Of a stretch of 64,000 nt of DNA, positions 50,520-63,203 are shown piece by piece (the first letter of the stretch is position 1; every line of letters starts with the position of its first letter). Both the position numbers and the translations under genes were made by a program. The stretch is from an uncultured Candidatus Entotheonella sp. GTDB lineage: Bacteria > Tectomicrobia > Entotheonellia > Entotheonellales > Entotheonellaceae. Location of the stretch: positions 1,504,001-1,568,000 of the forward strand of contig CBDCDA010000001.1 in the NCBI GenBank assembly GCA_965215335.1. The letters run 5' to 3'. The notes beneath the pieces were generated by a model. The model was not told the DNA's origin and made no database searches. It was given only the letters and a program-made list of their open reading frames with translations.

Positions 50520-51447
50520 CGACGTGTCCGTTCCGAACGTTCCCACCGCCTTTCTGCGTGGCTTGCAGACCATTGCCGGGCGCAAGGCGCGCCCGCAGCC
50601 GTTTGTCGATGTCGGCGCGTTGCCCTGGCACGAGCCCGACTTCAGCCGCCACTTCCTGCGCACCGCCACTCGTTCGGCCCATCACACGCGGCGAGAGGTC
50701 GCTTTCCTGGAACGAAACGGTCTGCTGGTTCCCGGAGATCGCATTCTCGATTTGGCCTGTGGTGGCGGTCGGCACAGCGTCGCCATGGCGCAACACGGCG
50801 CCGTCGTGACGGGTATCGACCTGGGCCCCGCCGCCATCGCCGCCGCCCGCCGGCGGGCGAAGCGCGCCGGGGTGCGCGTCGAGTGGCTGCACGGCGATCT
50901 GCGGCACTTGCCATTCGAGAACGTCTTCCACGTCGTCACCTTCATCTTCGGGTGCTTCACGGAAATGCCGCGACGCGACGCGGCAGCCGTGCTGGAGCGC
51001 ATCAGTCGCAGCCTGCGTCCCGGCGGCACGCTGCTCCTCGACGTCTATCCCCCGGCGTTCTTCGCCGACCTGGATGGCGTGCAGGAATGGTGGGTTGGCG
51101 AGGATTTCATTGCCGGGCGCTTCCCCCAGCTCGTGCTGAGCGAATACTTCTATTACGCCCGCACCAAGACCTACGCGCGGCGGGACTTCATCTGCGAGGC
51201 TGAAAGCGGCGTCGTGCACGCCTTCGGGCTGAGCGGCCAAGCCTATGCGCTCGCCGAGCTCATACGTATGCTTGGTGCTGCCGGCCTCACCCTCACCGCA
51301 GCCTACGGCGACTGGAAGGGCGCGCCGGTGCGACGCGACAGCCGGCTCTGCGTGCTGCTGGCAAGCAAGGTCGGGGACAAGGGCATGTGGACATTTAGAC
51401 GAGTACCAGGCGAGAACTCACCGCGTGGATCATCGCGGCGTAGCTGA
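50500..51447 (+). CDS. Class I SAM-dependent methyltransferase; last ~21 aa come from an IS end
   Basis: ILDLACGGGRH, VTGID, GD.R, SLRPGG, YGDW; start uncertain. Confidence 0.85.
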   Translation: MPVAPRSDVSVPNVPTAFLRGLQTIAGRKARPQPFVDVGALPWHEPDFSRHFLRTATRSAHHTRREVAFLERNGLLVPGDRILDLACGGGRHSVAMAQHGAVVTGIDLGPAAIAAARRRAKRAGVRVEWLHGDLRHLPFENVFHVVTFIFGCFTEMPRRDAAAVLERISRSLRPGGTLLLDVYPPAFFADLDGVQEWWVGEDFIAGRFPQLVLSEYFYYARTKTYARRDFICEAESGVVHAFGLSGQAYALAELIRMLGAAGLTLTAAYGDWKGAPVRRDSRLCVLLASKVGDKGMWTFRRVPGENSPRGSSRRS

Positions 51448-51812
51448 CGTCGGTCTTCTCGAAACGCACCGCAAGACGACGAAAATGCTTGAGCTTGCAA
51501 AAGAAATTCTCCACCCGGGCGACGCCACTCGTACATCTCCGTGTCGTAGTCGATGGCCTCGACACGATTGGACCTGGGAGGAATCACCGCCGTCGCCGCA
51601 CGGACTCCCAACTCGGCCCGAAAGTCGTTGCTGTCGTATGCCTTGTCGGCAATCAGCGCCTCGAACTCGACACCCTCGAGCAGTGGCGGGACGCCAATCA
51701 GGTCATGGCGCTGACCCGGCAGCGGCACGAAACGCACCAGGTTGCCCAAGGCGTCCACCATCACGCTGATTTTCATGCCTGGGGCCACCCCGCGAGCGAC
51801 CGATCGCCCAGC
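51381..51812 (-). mobile_element. IS5-family (IS427/IS1031-like) transposase remnant with its right end
   Basis: AIGRSRGG[fs]KISVMVDALG..IADKAYDS..AVIPP..MYEWR[fs]VENFFCKLKHFRR..RFEK*; terminal GGGCATGTGGACATT; 5' half missing. Confidence 0.85.
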
Positions 51813-52006
51813 CAGCGGGCTTGGAGCCGGATGGATTCCTTTCCGTTCACGATCTCATCATTGTATTCCAACGTACGATTACAAAGGACGACGCGGACAA
51901 TCCACTTTCGATTTACCTTGCAGCCCCACGCCCAAACGGGACAAAAAAGAGCGCTCTTCTGCCAGTCGCGGTGGGCGTCCTGGAAGGATTTCAGAAGCCC
52001 TCAAAT

Positions 52007-52093
52007 CGTCATTCCGGCGCAAGCCGGAATCCAGCGATCTTCGACGCCATAGAGCCTTCTGGACCTCGGCCCCGGATCAAGTCCGGGATGACG
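52007..52093. repeat. Palindromic repeat element (GTCATTCC...GGAATCCAG / ...GGGATGAC type)
   Basis: CGTCATTCCGGCGCAAGCCGGAATCCAG ... CCCGGATCAAGTCCGGGATGACG; inverted ends with inner hairpins. Confidence 0.75.
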
Positions 52094-52161
52094 TTCTTTC
52101 GCCGGGGTGGCGGGGCTCCATTTTCAACGTTCACGGGTAGCCTGCAAACCCATTGGAGATC

Positions 52162-53376
<1,215 letters not shown>

Positions 53377-53485
53377 GGGGTGCCTCACTGTGGGAGAAAG
53401 GAAGGTGTCCGGTGGCCACGCTGCACGGAGCCGACCCACCCTATTAGATGACAAGTCGTGGGCATTGGCAAACCCGGCGCCGTTC

Positions 53486-53515
53486 TTGACAACGGCCGAA
53501 GGCGGCTATTAGGAT
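53486..53515 (+). promoter_or_regulatory. Putative promoter of the MBL hydrolase
   Basis: TTGACA-N18-TAGGAT upstream of an AAGGAG RBS. Confidence 0.45.
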
Positions 53516-53549
53516 GAGCGCCCGCAATTCAGGAAAGGAGCGATAGGTC

Positions 53550-54539
53550 GTGCAAATCATGCATTACCGCGACATGGGCGCGTTCGACTACGGCGCCGTC
53601 ATGCGGATGACGGCGCTGATCCGCCGGGTCATCTGCCGCAATCCGACGCCGTTCACCTATAAGGGCACGGGTACCTACATCGTGGGCGCGGACAGGGTGG
53701 CGGTGATCGATCCCGGGCCACCGCTGGCCTCGCACGTCGACGACGTGCTGGCGGCGTTGGGCCCCGGCGAGACGGTGACGCACATCCTGGTTACCCACAC
53801 CCACAGCGACCATTCGGCCCTGGCCGCCCGCCTGCAAGCGCTGACCGGCGCCCGTTCCTACGGCTTCGGGCCGCACGGCGCGGTGCGAGCCCACGACCCG
53901 CACGACCGGGTGGATTTTTCGGCCTGCTTCACGGCGGCAGAGAAGATCCGTTTCGACAAGGAATGGGACGACCTGCCGGCGGAACTGAAGCGCGAGGGGC
54001 CCGACCTCGACTTCCAGCCCGACGAGCGCCTCGGCGACGGCGACACGGTGCGCGGCGACGGCTGGACGCTGACCGCGGTGCACACCCCGGGCCACTGCTC
54101 CAATCACCTGTGCTACCACCTGCAGGAGGAAAACTGCCTGTTCTCCGGCGACCACGTGATGGGCTGGGCCACCAGCGTGGTGTCGCCGCCCGACGGCTCC
54201 ATGCAGGACTACCTGGCCTCGCTGCGCAAGCTGCTGCCCCGCCAGGCCGAGCGCTACTGGCCGACGCACGGACCCGTCATCACCGAGCCGGACCGTTACG
54301 TGCGGGCGTGCATCGCGCACCGCGAGGAGCGCGAGCAGCAAATCATCGCCCATCTGCGCGGCGGCGCGCGGCGCATCGCCGACATCGTGCCCGAGATGTA
54401 CGCCGGCTACGACAAGCGCCTGTGGTACCCGGCGGCCAATTCGGTGCACGCCCACCTGCTGCACCTCGTCGACACCGTCCGCGCCAGAGTGGTCGACGGC
54501 GACGAGCCGAAGCTCACTTCCACCTACGAGTTGACTTGA
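53550..54539 (+). CDS. Metallo-beta-lactamase fold hydrolase (LACTB2-like)
   Basis: NP.PFT..GT, IDPGP, THTHSDH, TPGH, FSGDH, P.HG. Confidence 0.92.
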   Translation: MQIMHYRDMGAFDYGAVMRMTALIRRVICRNPTPFTYKGTGTYIVGADRVAVIDPGPPLASHVDDVLAALGPGETVTHILVTHTHSDHSALAARLQALTGARSYGFGPHGAVRAHDPHDRVDFSACFTAAEKIRFDKEWDDLPAELKREGPDLDFQPDERLGDGDTVRGDGWTLTAVHTPGHCSNHLCYHLQEENCLFSGDHVMGWATSVVSPPDGSMQDYLASLRKLLPRQAERYWPTHGPVITEPDRYVRACIAHREEREQQIIAHLRGGARRIADIVPEMYAGYDKRLWYPAANSVHAHLLHLVDTVRARVVDGDEPKLTSTYELT

Positions 54540-54816
54540 GGAAAGGCGCCCATGCGCTGAATTGCAGCGACAGCGAAAATATGGTAGCTTGACGTCCCGA
54601 TTTCAGGAAATTTGACTTTCAATCCCCCCGTTTTTCTTGCCCATTTCCCTGAACCTTGGTGACTGGCGGTGTGCTGGGAGACAGGTGCGGGGAACAACTT
54701 TGTGGAGTTGGGGCGAGGCGGGAACCAAAGCCGTAAATCGTTGTGTCCACAGACACGAGTTGTTCGGGCGCATTACCGGTACGCTTGGTGTACGTCACAA
54801 ACCTGGGAGGAAGACC

Positions 54817-55359
54817 TTGAAGGGCAGGGCCGCGGCGCGGAGATATGCGAAAGCCTTGATGGAGTTGGCCAAGCGCGATGATCAGGTGGCCGACATCGCC
54901 GAACAGTTGCAGCAGCACCTTGACCTCCTGCGTACACACGCCAATCTGCAACTGCTTCTGAACAACCCCGGCATCGACGCCAAGGTCAAGGCCGACCTCC
55001 TGGCGGCCGTTCTTGACCGCACGCAGCCGTACCCCCTGCTGCGAAGTTTTCTCCTGCTTCTTCTCGAAAAAGAACGTCTGAGCCAATTCGACGTGGTCTG
55101 CGAGCATTACGCGCACTTGGCCAACGAGGAATTGCGCCGCGTGGTGGCGCAGGTGACCACGGCCGCCGAGCTCGCGGCGGAACAGCGCGAGGCCGTGACG
55201 CAGAAAATCGCCGACATGACGCACAGGAACGTGATTCTGGAAACACACGTGGACCCGGGCCTCCTCGGCGGCTTGGTGGTGCGTGTCAACAACGTCGTCC
55301 TGGATGGCAGCCTGCGAGGCCAGCTCACCCAGTTGCGCAAGGAACTGATAGGAGGATGA
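54817..55359 (+). CDS. atpH: ATP synthase F1 delta subunit
   Basis: ARRYAKAL, VD..LLGG, DGS; TTG start after GGGAGG. Confidence 0.93.
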   Translation: MKGRAAARRYAKALMELAKRDDQVADIAEQLQQHLDLLRTHANLQLLLNNPGIDAKVKADLLAAVLDRTQPYPLLRSFLLLLLEKERLSQFDVVCEHYAHLANEELRRVVAQVTTAAELAAEQREAVTQKIADMTHRNVILETHVDPGLLGGLVVRVNNVVLDGSLRGQLTQLRKELIGG

Positions 55360-55365
55360 GGGACC

Positions 55366-56928
55366 GTGGCGGAGATCAGCGCAGCAGAAATCAGTGAAAT
55401 CATCAAACGCCAGATCGAGGGCTACGTCGGCGAGGTGGAGCTCGCCGAAACGGGCTCGGTGATCACCGTCGGCGACGGCATCGCCCGCATTTATGGCCTC
55501 GACAAGTGCATGGCCGGCGAGTTGTTGCTCTTCCCGCGCGACATTTACGGCATGGCCCTCAATCTCGAGGAGGATAACGTCGGCGCGGTGTTGCTGGGCG
55601 CCGATACGGACATCAGGGAGGGCGACGAGGTGCGCCGCACCGGCCGCATCATGGAGGTGCCGGTGGGCGAGGCGATGATCGGGCGCATCGTCAATTCGCT
55701 GGGACAGCCCATCGACGGCAAGGGGCCGATCGACACGCAGGACAGCAGCCCCATCGAGCGTATCGCGCCGGGCGTGATCGACCGCCATCCGGTGAACCAG
55801 CCGCTGCAAACCGGCCTCAAGGCCATCGACTCCATGGTGCCGATCGGGCGTGGCCAGCGCGAACTCATCATCGGCGACCGCCAGACCGGCAAGACCGCGG
55901 TGACTGTCGATGCCATGATCAGCCAGAAGGCGGCGTGGGAGGCGGAGCCGGTGTGGAAGCCGGGGCATCCCGGCGTCGTCTGCATCTACGTCGCCATCGG
56001 CCAGAAGCGCTCGACGGTGGCGCAGGTCGTGCGGGTGCTGGAAGAGCACGGCGCCATGCGTTACTCCATCGTGGTGGCGGCCACGGCCAGCGACCCGGCA
56101 CCCCTGCAATACGTGGCGCCATACGCCGGTTGCGCCATGGGCGAGTATTTCCGCGACAAGGGCGGCCACGCCCTGTGCATCTACGATGACCTTTCCAAGC
56201 AGGCCGCCGCCTACCGCCAGCTTTCCCTGCTGCTGCGCCGCCCGCCCGGACGCGAAGCCTACCCCGGCGACGTGTTCTACCTGCACTCCCGCCTGCTGGA
56301 ACGCGCCGCCAAGCTCAGCGACGACCACGGCGGCGGCTCCCTGACGGCGCTGCCGATCATCGAAACCCAGGCCGGCGACGTGTCGGCCTATATTCCCACC
56401 AACGTCATTTCCATCACCGACGGCCAGATCTATCTCGAATCCGACCTGTTCTATTCCGGCGTGCGCCCGGCGATCAACGTCGGCCTGTCCGTGTCGCGCG
56501 TCGGCGGCGCGGCGCAAATGCGGGCCATGCGGCAGGTGGCCGGGCGGCTGCGCCTCGACCTGGCGCAGTACCGGGAGATGGCGGCCTTCGCGCAGTTCGG
56601 CAGCGAGCTCGACGCCGCTACCCAGGCGCAGTTGGCGCGCGGCGAGCGCATGGTCGAAATCCTCAAGCAGGACCAGTACGAGCCGCTGCGCTTCGAGCAG
56701 CAGGTCATCACCATCTTCGCCGCCGTCAACGGCTTCCTGGACGACCTGCCGACCGATACCTGCCAGGACTTCACGCGCGACTTTCTGCAGACCGTCGAAA
56801 CGCGCCACCCCGAGATCCCACGCAGTATCGTGGAAGCCGGGCAGATCACCGACGAGACGCAAACGGCGCTGCGCGAGGCCCTCGACGCCTTCAAGGCGTC
56901 GTACGCCGCGCCGGTGGGAGCGGCCTAG
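55366..56928 (+). CDS. atpA: ATP synthase F1 alpha subunit
   Basis: [37 protein letters not shown]. Confidence 0.98.
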   Translation: MAEISAAEISEIIKRQIEGYVGEVELAETGSVITVGDGIARIYGLDKCMAGELLLFPRDIYGMALNLEEDNVGAVLLGADTDIREGDEVRRTGRIMEVPVGEAMIGRIVNSLGQPIDGKGPIDTQDSSPIERIAPGVIDRHPVNQPLQTGLKAIDSMVPIGRGQRELIIGDRQTGKTAVTVDAMISQKAAWEAEPVWKPGHPGVVCIYVAIGQKRSTVAQVVRVLEEHGAMRYSIVVAATASDPAPLQYVAPYAGCAMGEYFRDKGGHALCIYDDLSKQAAAYRQLSLLLRRPPGREAYPGDVFYLHSRLLERAAKLSDDHGGGSLTALPIIETQAGDVSAYIPTNVISITDGQIYLESDLFYSGVRPAINVGLSVSRVGGAAQMRAMRQVAGRLRLDLAQYREMAAFAQFGSELDAATQAQLARGERMVEILKQDQYEPLRFEQQVITIFAAVNGFLDDLPTDTCQDFTRDFLQTVETRHPEIPRSIVEAGQITDETQTALREALDAFKASYAAPVGAA

Positions 56929-56930
56929 CC

Positions 56931-57857
56931 ATGCCGAGTCTGCGCGACATCCGCCGGCGCATCGCCAGCGTCAAGAACACCCAGCAGATCACCAACGCCA
57001 TGAAAATGGTCTCCGCCGCCAAACTGCAGCGCGCCCAGGACCGCGTGCTGGCGGCGCGTCCCTATTCGCAGCGCCTGCGGCAGGTGCTGGAGCACCTCGA
57101 CGCGCGCGTGCGACCGGACATCCATCCCCTTCTGGCGCCCCGTGATCGCGGCAAGACCCTGCTGGTGCTGGTGACGTCGGACCGCGGCCTGTGCGGCGGC
57201 TTCAACGGCAACGTGCAGCGCGCTGCCGCCGAGTTGCTGAACGATCTGGGCGGCAATGAGCACGTCGATATCATCACGATCGGACGCAAGGGGCGGGATT
57301 TTCTCGCCTATCGCCGCTACGAACTGCAGGCGTCCTACGTGGACCTGTTCACGCGCCAGGTGGCGTACGAGCAGGCCGTGGGGCTGGCGGCGACGATCCT
57401 CGCCGCCTACGAGGGCACGCCGGGCGTCGCCGCAGGCGACGGCTACGGCTACCCGGATGAAGCCTCGGAAACGGCCGCCGGGTACAAGAACGTCCTGGTT
57501 CTGTACAACCGGTTCGGCTCCGCCGTGCAGCAGGTGGTCACCACCCTGCAACTCCTCCCCATGAGCGGCCACACCGCCACGGACGCCGAGCCCGCCGAGC
57601 CGTTTGACTTCATCTATGAGCCATCCGCCGCGGCGGTGCTGGACGGCCTGCTGCGCCGCGAGGTCGACGTCCAGCTCTTCCAGGTGTTGCTGGAGTCCTT
57701 CGCGGGCGAGCACGGCGCCCGCATGACGGCCATGGATTCGGCAACGGAAAACGCCTCGGAAATGATCGCCAGCCTCACCCTGACCTTCAACCGGGCGCGG
57801 CAGGCCGCCATTACCAAGGAATTGATCGAGGTCGTCAGCGGCGCGGACGCCCTGTAA
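56931..57857 (+). CDS. atpG: ATP synthase F1 gamma subunit
   Basis: ITNAMKMV, SDRGLCG, EH.ARM.AM..A, RQAAIT.EL.E. Confidence 0.97.
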   Translation: MPSLRDIRRRIASVKNTQQITNAMKMVSAAKLQRAQDRVLAARPYSQRLRQVLEHLDARVRPDIHPLLAPRDRGKTLLVLVTSDRGLCGGFNGNVQRAAAELLNDLGGNEHVDIITIGRKGRDFLAYRRYELQASYVDLFTRQVAYEQAVGLAATILAAYEGTPGVAAGDGYGYPDEASETAAGYKNVLVLYNRFGSAVQQVVTTLQLLPMSGHTATDAEPAEPFDFIYEPSAAAVLDGLLRREVDVQLFQVLLESFAGEHGARMTAMDSATENASEMIASLTLTFNRARQAAITKELIEVVSGADAL

Positions 57858-57859
57858 CC

Positions 57860-59711
<1,852 letters not shown>

Positions 59712-59713
59712 CG

Positions 59714-60118
59714 GTGCCGTTGTGCGTGGAAATCCTTACCCCGAACCGCCTGCTCCTGCAGGACGAGGTGGACGAGTTGAATCTGCCCGGGACGGAGGGC
59801 TACCTCGGCATTCTTCCCGGCCACATCGCCTTCCTCACCACCCTGGGTCAGGGTGAGCTCATGCTTCGCAAGGACGACCAGCAGCACTACCTGACCGTCT
59901 TCCGGGGCTATATGGAGGTCAGCGACGACAAGGTGACCGTGCTCGCCGAAGTCGTGGAAGACATGGCCGACATCGACCCGGAGCGCGCCGGTTCGGCGCG
60001 CGACCGGGCCTTGGAACGACTGCGCAGTGGCGACGCGCAGGTCGTCGACTTCGATCGCGCCAACGCCGCGTTGCAGCGTGCCCTCGTTCGCCTGCAAGTC
60101 TGCGCCCGCCGAGGTTGA
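59714..60118 (+). CDS. atpC: ATP synthase F1 epsilon subunit
   Basis: EILTP, EG.LGILPGH, V.VLA, ID.ERA, AL.RA..RL; GTG start after GGAGG. Confidence 0.93.
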   Translation: MPLCVEILTPNRLLLQDEVDELNLPGTEGYLGILPGHIAFLTTLGQGELMLRKDDQQHYLTVFRGYMEVSDDKVTVLAEVVEDMADIDPERAGSARDRALERLRSGDAQVVDFDRANAALQRALVRLQVCARRG

Positions 60119-60122
60119 GGGA

Positions 60123-60866
60123 TTGGGAGACGAGACGCCGGATGTCCCCGGGGCATGGCGCCTCACCCTGCACCAGGACCCGCACGGCTACCGCTTCGCG
60201 CTCGACGCCTTCCTGCTCGCCGATTTTGTCCCTCCCAGAACCACCGGGCCTGTCATCGACCTCGGTGCCGGCTGCGGCATCGTCGCCTGTCTGCTGGCGC
60301 GGCGATTTCCGGGGGTTCCCATCGTCGCACTGGAACTTCAAGCTAGCCTGTCGGCGGTGGCGCAGCAAAACGTGGTGCACAATGCACTGGCCCGGCAGGT
60401 CAGCATCGTGCAGGGCAACATGCGCCGCGCCGCGACGTGTTTGACGCCCGCAAGCTTTGCCGCCGTGGTATGCAATCCGCCGTATCGCGCCGTGGGCCAC
60501 GGGCGCCTCAACCCGCATTCCGAAAAGGCCGTGGCGCGTCACGAGGTCGCGGTAACGCTGTGCCAGGTCGTGCAGGCGGCGCGGCGCCTGCTGGTGCGAC
60601 GCGGTCGGCTGCTGCTGGTCTACCACCCCTCCCGCCTTGCCGAGCTGTGCAGCCGCCTGGAAGCGGCCGACCTGAGCCCCTGTCGCCTGCGTTTCGTCCA
60701 CCCAAACCGTGAAGCCCCCGCCACGATGGTTCTTGTCGAAGCCCTGCGGGGCGGTCGCGACGCCCTGAAAGTGCTGCCGCCACTGGTCGTCTACCAGGCG
60801 ACGAACGTCTACAGCGCCGAGATGCAGGCCATTTTTCAGGGCCGCGCGCTCGCCGGGGGCCGGTAA
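60123..60866 (+). CDS. tRNA1(Val) A37 N6-methyltransferase-like protein (TrmN6/YfiC)
   Basis: Q...GYRF.LD..LL, DLGAGCG, CNPPY, ARHE; start uncertain. Confidence 0.85.
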   Translation: MGDETPDVPGAWRLTLHQDPHGYRFALDAFLLADFVPPRTTGPVIDLGAGCGIVACLLARRFPGVPIVALELQASLSAVAQQNVVHNALARQVSIVQGNMRRAATCLTPASFAAVVCNPPYRAVGHGRLNPHSEKAVARHEVAVTLCQVVQAARRLLVRRGRLLLVYHPSRLAELCSRLEAADLSPCRLRFVHPNREAPATMVLVEALRGGRDALKVLPPLVVYQATNVYSAEMQAIFQGRALAGGR

Positions 60867-60869
60867 ATC

Positions 60870-61571
60870 ATGCCGGAAGCAGTCCCGGTGGATGACCGCG
60901 GCACGCTGTACGTCGTCGCCACGCCGATCGGCAACCTCGACGACATCACCCTGCGCGCCTTGCGCGTCCTCGGCAGTGTGGACCTCATCGCCGCCGAGGA
61001 CACCCGGCACACACGCAAGCTGCTGACCCATTACGCCATTTCCTGCCCACTGCTGAGCTACCACGACCACAACAAGGCGACCCAGGCCCAGCGTCTGCTG
61101 GGCCTGCTGCAAGAGGGGCGGCGCATCGCCCTGGTCACCGACGCCGGCACACCGGGCGTCGCCGACCCGGCGTATCACCTCCTGCAAGTCCTGCTGCCGC
61201 ACGACATCCCCGTCGTGTCCATTCCCGGGCCTAGTGCGGTCATTGCGGCCCTGTCGGTCTCCGGCTTGCCCACGAATCGGTTTGCGTTCGAGGGTTTTCT
61301 GCCTGTCAAGAGCGGTCGGCGGCGGCAGCGTCTGGAAACACTGTGCGAAGAGCCGCGCACCGTGGTGCTCTACGAGTCGCCGCACCGCTTCATCAAGCTG
61401 TTACGGGAGCTCGTGGAACATTTCGGCGCCGAGCGGCGCGTCGTGGTGGCGCGGGAACTCACCAAGCACTACGAAGAGGTCATGCGGGGAACGGCCGCCA
61501 GCCTGCTGGAAAGCTGGCAGGAGCGGTCCGTGCGCGGGGAGTTCACGGTGATTGTCGAGGGGCAACGATAG
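60870..61571 (+). CDS. rsmI: 16S rRNA C1402 2'-O-methyltransferase
   Basis: LYVVATPIGNL.D, AAEDTR, DAGTP, PGPSA, YESPHR, RELTK..EE. Confidence 0.96.
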   Translation: MPEAVPVDDRGTLYVVATPIGNLDDITLRALRVLGSVDLIAAEDTRHTRKLLTHYAISCPLLSYHDHNKATQAQRLLGLLQEGRRIALVTDAGTPGVADPAYHLLQVLLPHDIPVVSIPGPSAVIAALSVSGLPTNRFAFEGFLPVKSGRRRQRLETLCEEPRTVVLYESPHRFIKLLRELVEHFGAERRVVVARELTKHYEEVMRGTAASLLESWQERSVRGEFTVIVEGQR

Positions 61572-61912
61572 GGGCCAGATTCAGAATCTGATCACAGCCT
61601 CGCTTCCTTTTGTTGTCAAGGCTGCACGGTAAAGGTCGACGAGCGGTCGACGAGCAGCACCAGTAGATTTGTATCGATGACGATCTGGTTGACGGGCATG
61701 GAATCAATTCAGGGCACCAGGTTCGCGGTGCGTCGTGGATACGACCCGTCCATCGCGGTCGTTAATCTGGATGACTTTGAAGGTGTGATTCTTCCACTGC
61801 CGGGACTCCATACGCTCCAAGATTTGAGATGTTCTCGTTGGTTGGTTCCAATGCCGAAAGAACCCGAATGGCCTCCGCTTGAGCAGCCCGGCACTTCGTT
61901 GATTGTTTTGTC

Positions 61913-63025
61913 CTAACGCTGATCGGGCGGCACCCACTGCAGGTCGACCGGCCCGATGTACTTGGCGCGCGGGCGGATCAGGCGATTGCGGTCCAGTTGC
62001 TCGATGATGTGCGCGGTCCAGCCGGCCACGCGGCTCATCACGAAGACCGGCGTGAAGATATCGGTGGGAATGCCCATGTTGTGGTAGGTCGAGGCGGAGT
62101 AGAAATCGACGTTCGGGATGAGGCCCTTTTCGCGATCCATGATCTGATCAACCAGCACGGACATCTCGTACCATTGCGGCTGCCCGGTCTTTTCACCCAT
62201 GCGCTTCGACATCGGCCCGAGGATCTTGGCGCGCGGGTCGCCTTCCTTGTAGACGCGGTGGCCGAAGCCCATGATGCGGTCCCTGTTGGCCAGCGCCTTC
62301 ATCAGGTAAGGCTCGACGTTGTCCAGGCTGCCGATGGCCTTGAGGGTGACCATCACCTGCTCGTTGGCGCCGCCGTGCAGCGGCCCCTTGAGGGCGCCGA
62401 TGGCTGACACCACGCCGGAATAGATGTCTGACACGGTCGCCACGGTGACGCGGGCGGCGAACGTGGAGGCGTTGATTTCGTGGTCGGCGTGGAGAATCAG
62501 GGCGGTGTCGAAGAACTGCGCGAACTCCGGGTCGGGGTCCTGTCCCTGCAGCATATAGAGGAAGTTGGTGGCAATGTTAACGTCCGGCTTCGGCGCCAGG
62601 GGCTCCCTGCCGTTGCGGATGCGGTCGAATCCCGCCACCAGGGCGGGCATGCGCGCCACCATGCGGGTAGCCTTGCGGACGTTGGCGTCGTGTGAATTGT
62701 CGTGCCGGTCGGGGTCGTAGAGGGCCATGACGGAGGTGACGGTGCGCACGTACTCCATGGGATGCACGTCGGTCGGCAGGCGGTACATGACGTCGAGCAC
62801 GGGTTCCGGCAGCGCGTACTGGCTGCGGAGGTCGTGGATCAGCTGGTCGAGTTCGGCTTGGCACGGCAGCCGCCCGTGCCACAACAGGTACACCACCTCT
62901 TCGAAGGTCGAGTGCGCTGCCAGATCTTCAATCACGTAGCCGCGATAGGTCAGGGTCGCCCCAACGATTGAACTCAGTTCCGAGGCAAACGCTACGACCC
63001 CTTCAAGACCCTCTTGCACGTCCAT
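61913..63025 (-). CDS. gltA: Citrate synthase (short type; could be a methylcitrate synthase)
   Basis: GLEGV, YRGY, DHE.NAST, GPLHGGANE, MGFGHRVYK..DPR, PNVDFYS. Confidence 0.9.
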   Translation of the reverse strand: MDVQEGLEGVVAFASELSSIVGATLTYRGYVIEDLAAHSTFEEVVYLLWHGRLPCQAELDQLIHDLRSQYALPEPVLDVMYRLPTDVHPMEYVRTVTSVMALYDPDRHDNSHDANVRKATRMVARMPALVAGFDRIRNGREPLAPKPDVNIATNFLYMLQGQDPDPEFAQFFDTALILHADHEINASTFAARVTVATVSDIYSGVVSAIGALKGPLHGGANEQVMVTLKAIGSLDNVEPYLMKALANRDRIMGFGHRVYKEGDPRAKILGPMSKRMGEKTGQPQWYEMSVLVDQIMDREKGLIPNVDFYSASTYHNMGIPTDIFTPVFVMSRVAGWTAHIIEQLDRNRLIRPRAKYIGPVDLQWVPPDQR

Positions 63026-63203
63026 GTGTACCTCTCCCATGCCTTTGGGTGGCAGGCCAAACCTATGGCCGCGCACCAAACCTCTCGATTGCGTTAACCG
63101 ATCCATTTGAAGGTAATGCACGGTGATACGCTATCAATAGCACGAACCACTTGGCGGTTCAAGCCCTGGTGCCGCCTCGGCAGGGCTGCGGGCATGCCCG
63201 GCG

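Noticed and set aside
54619..56862. Long antisense ORFs (also 7151-9115, 10937-12439, 34229-35521 and others)
   Set aside because: Shadow frames of well-supported genes in high-GC DNA, with no motifs
61572..61912. RNase P RNA, which often lies next to rsmI
   Set aside because: No GAGGAAAGUCC motif seen on either strand
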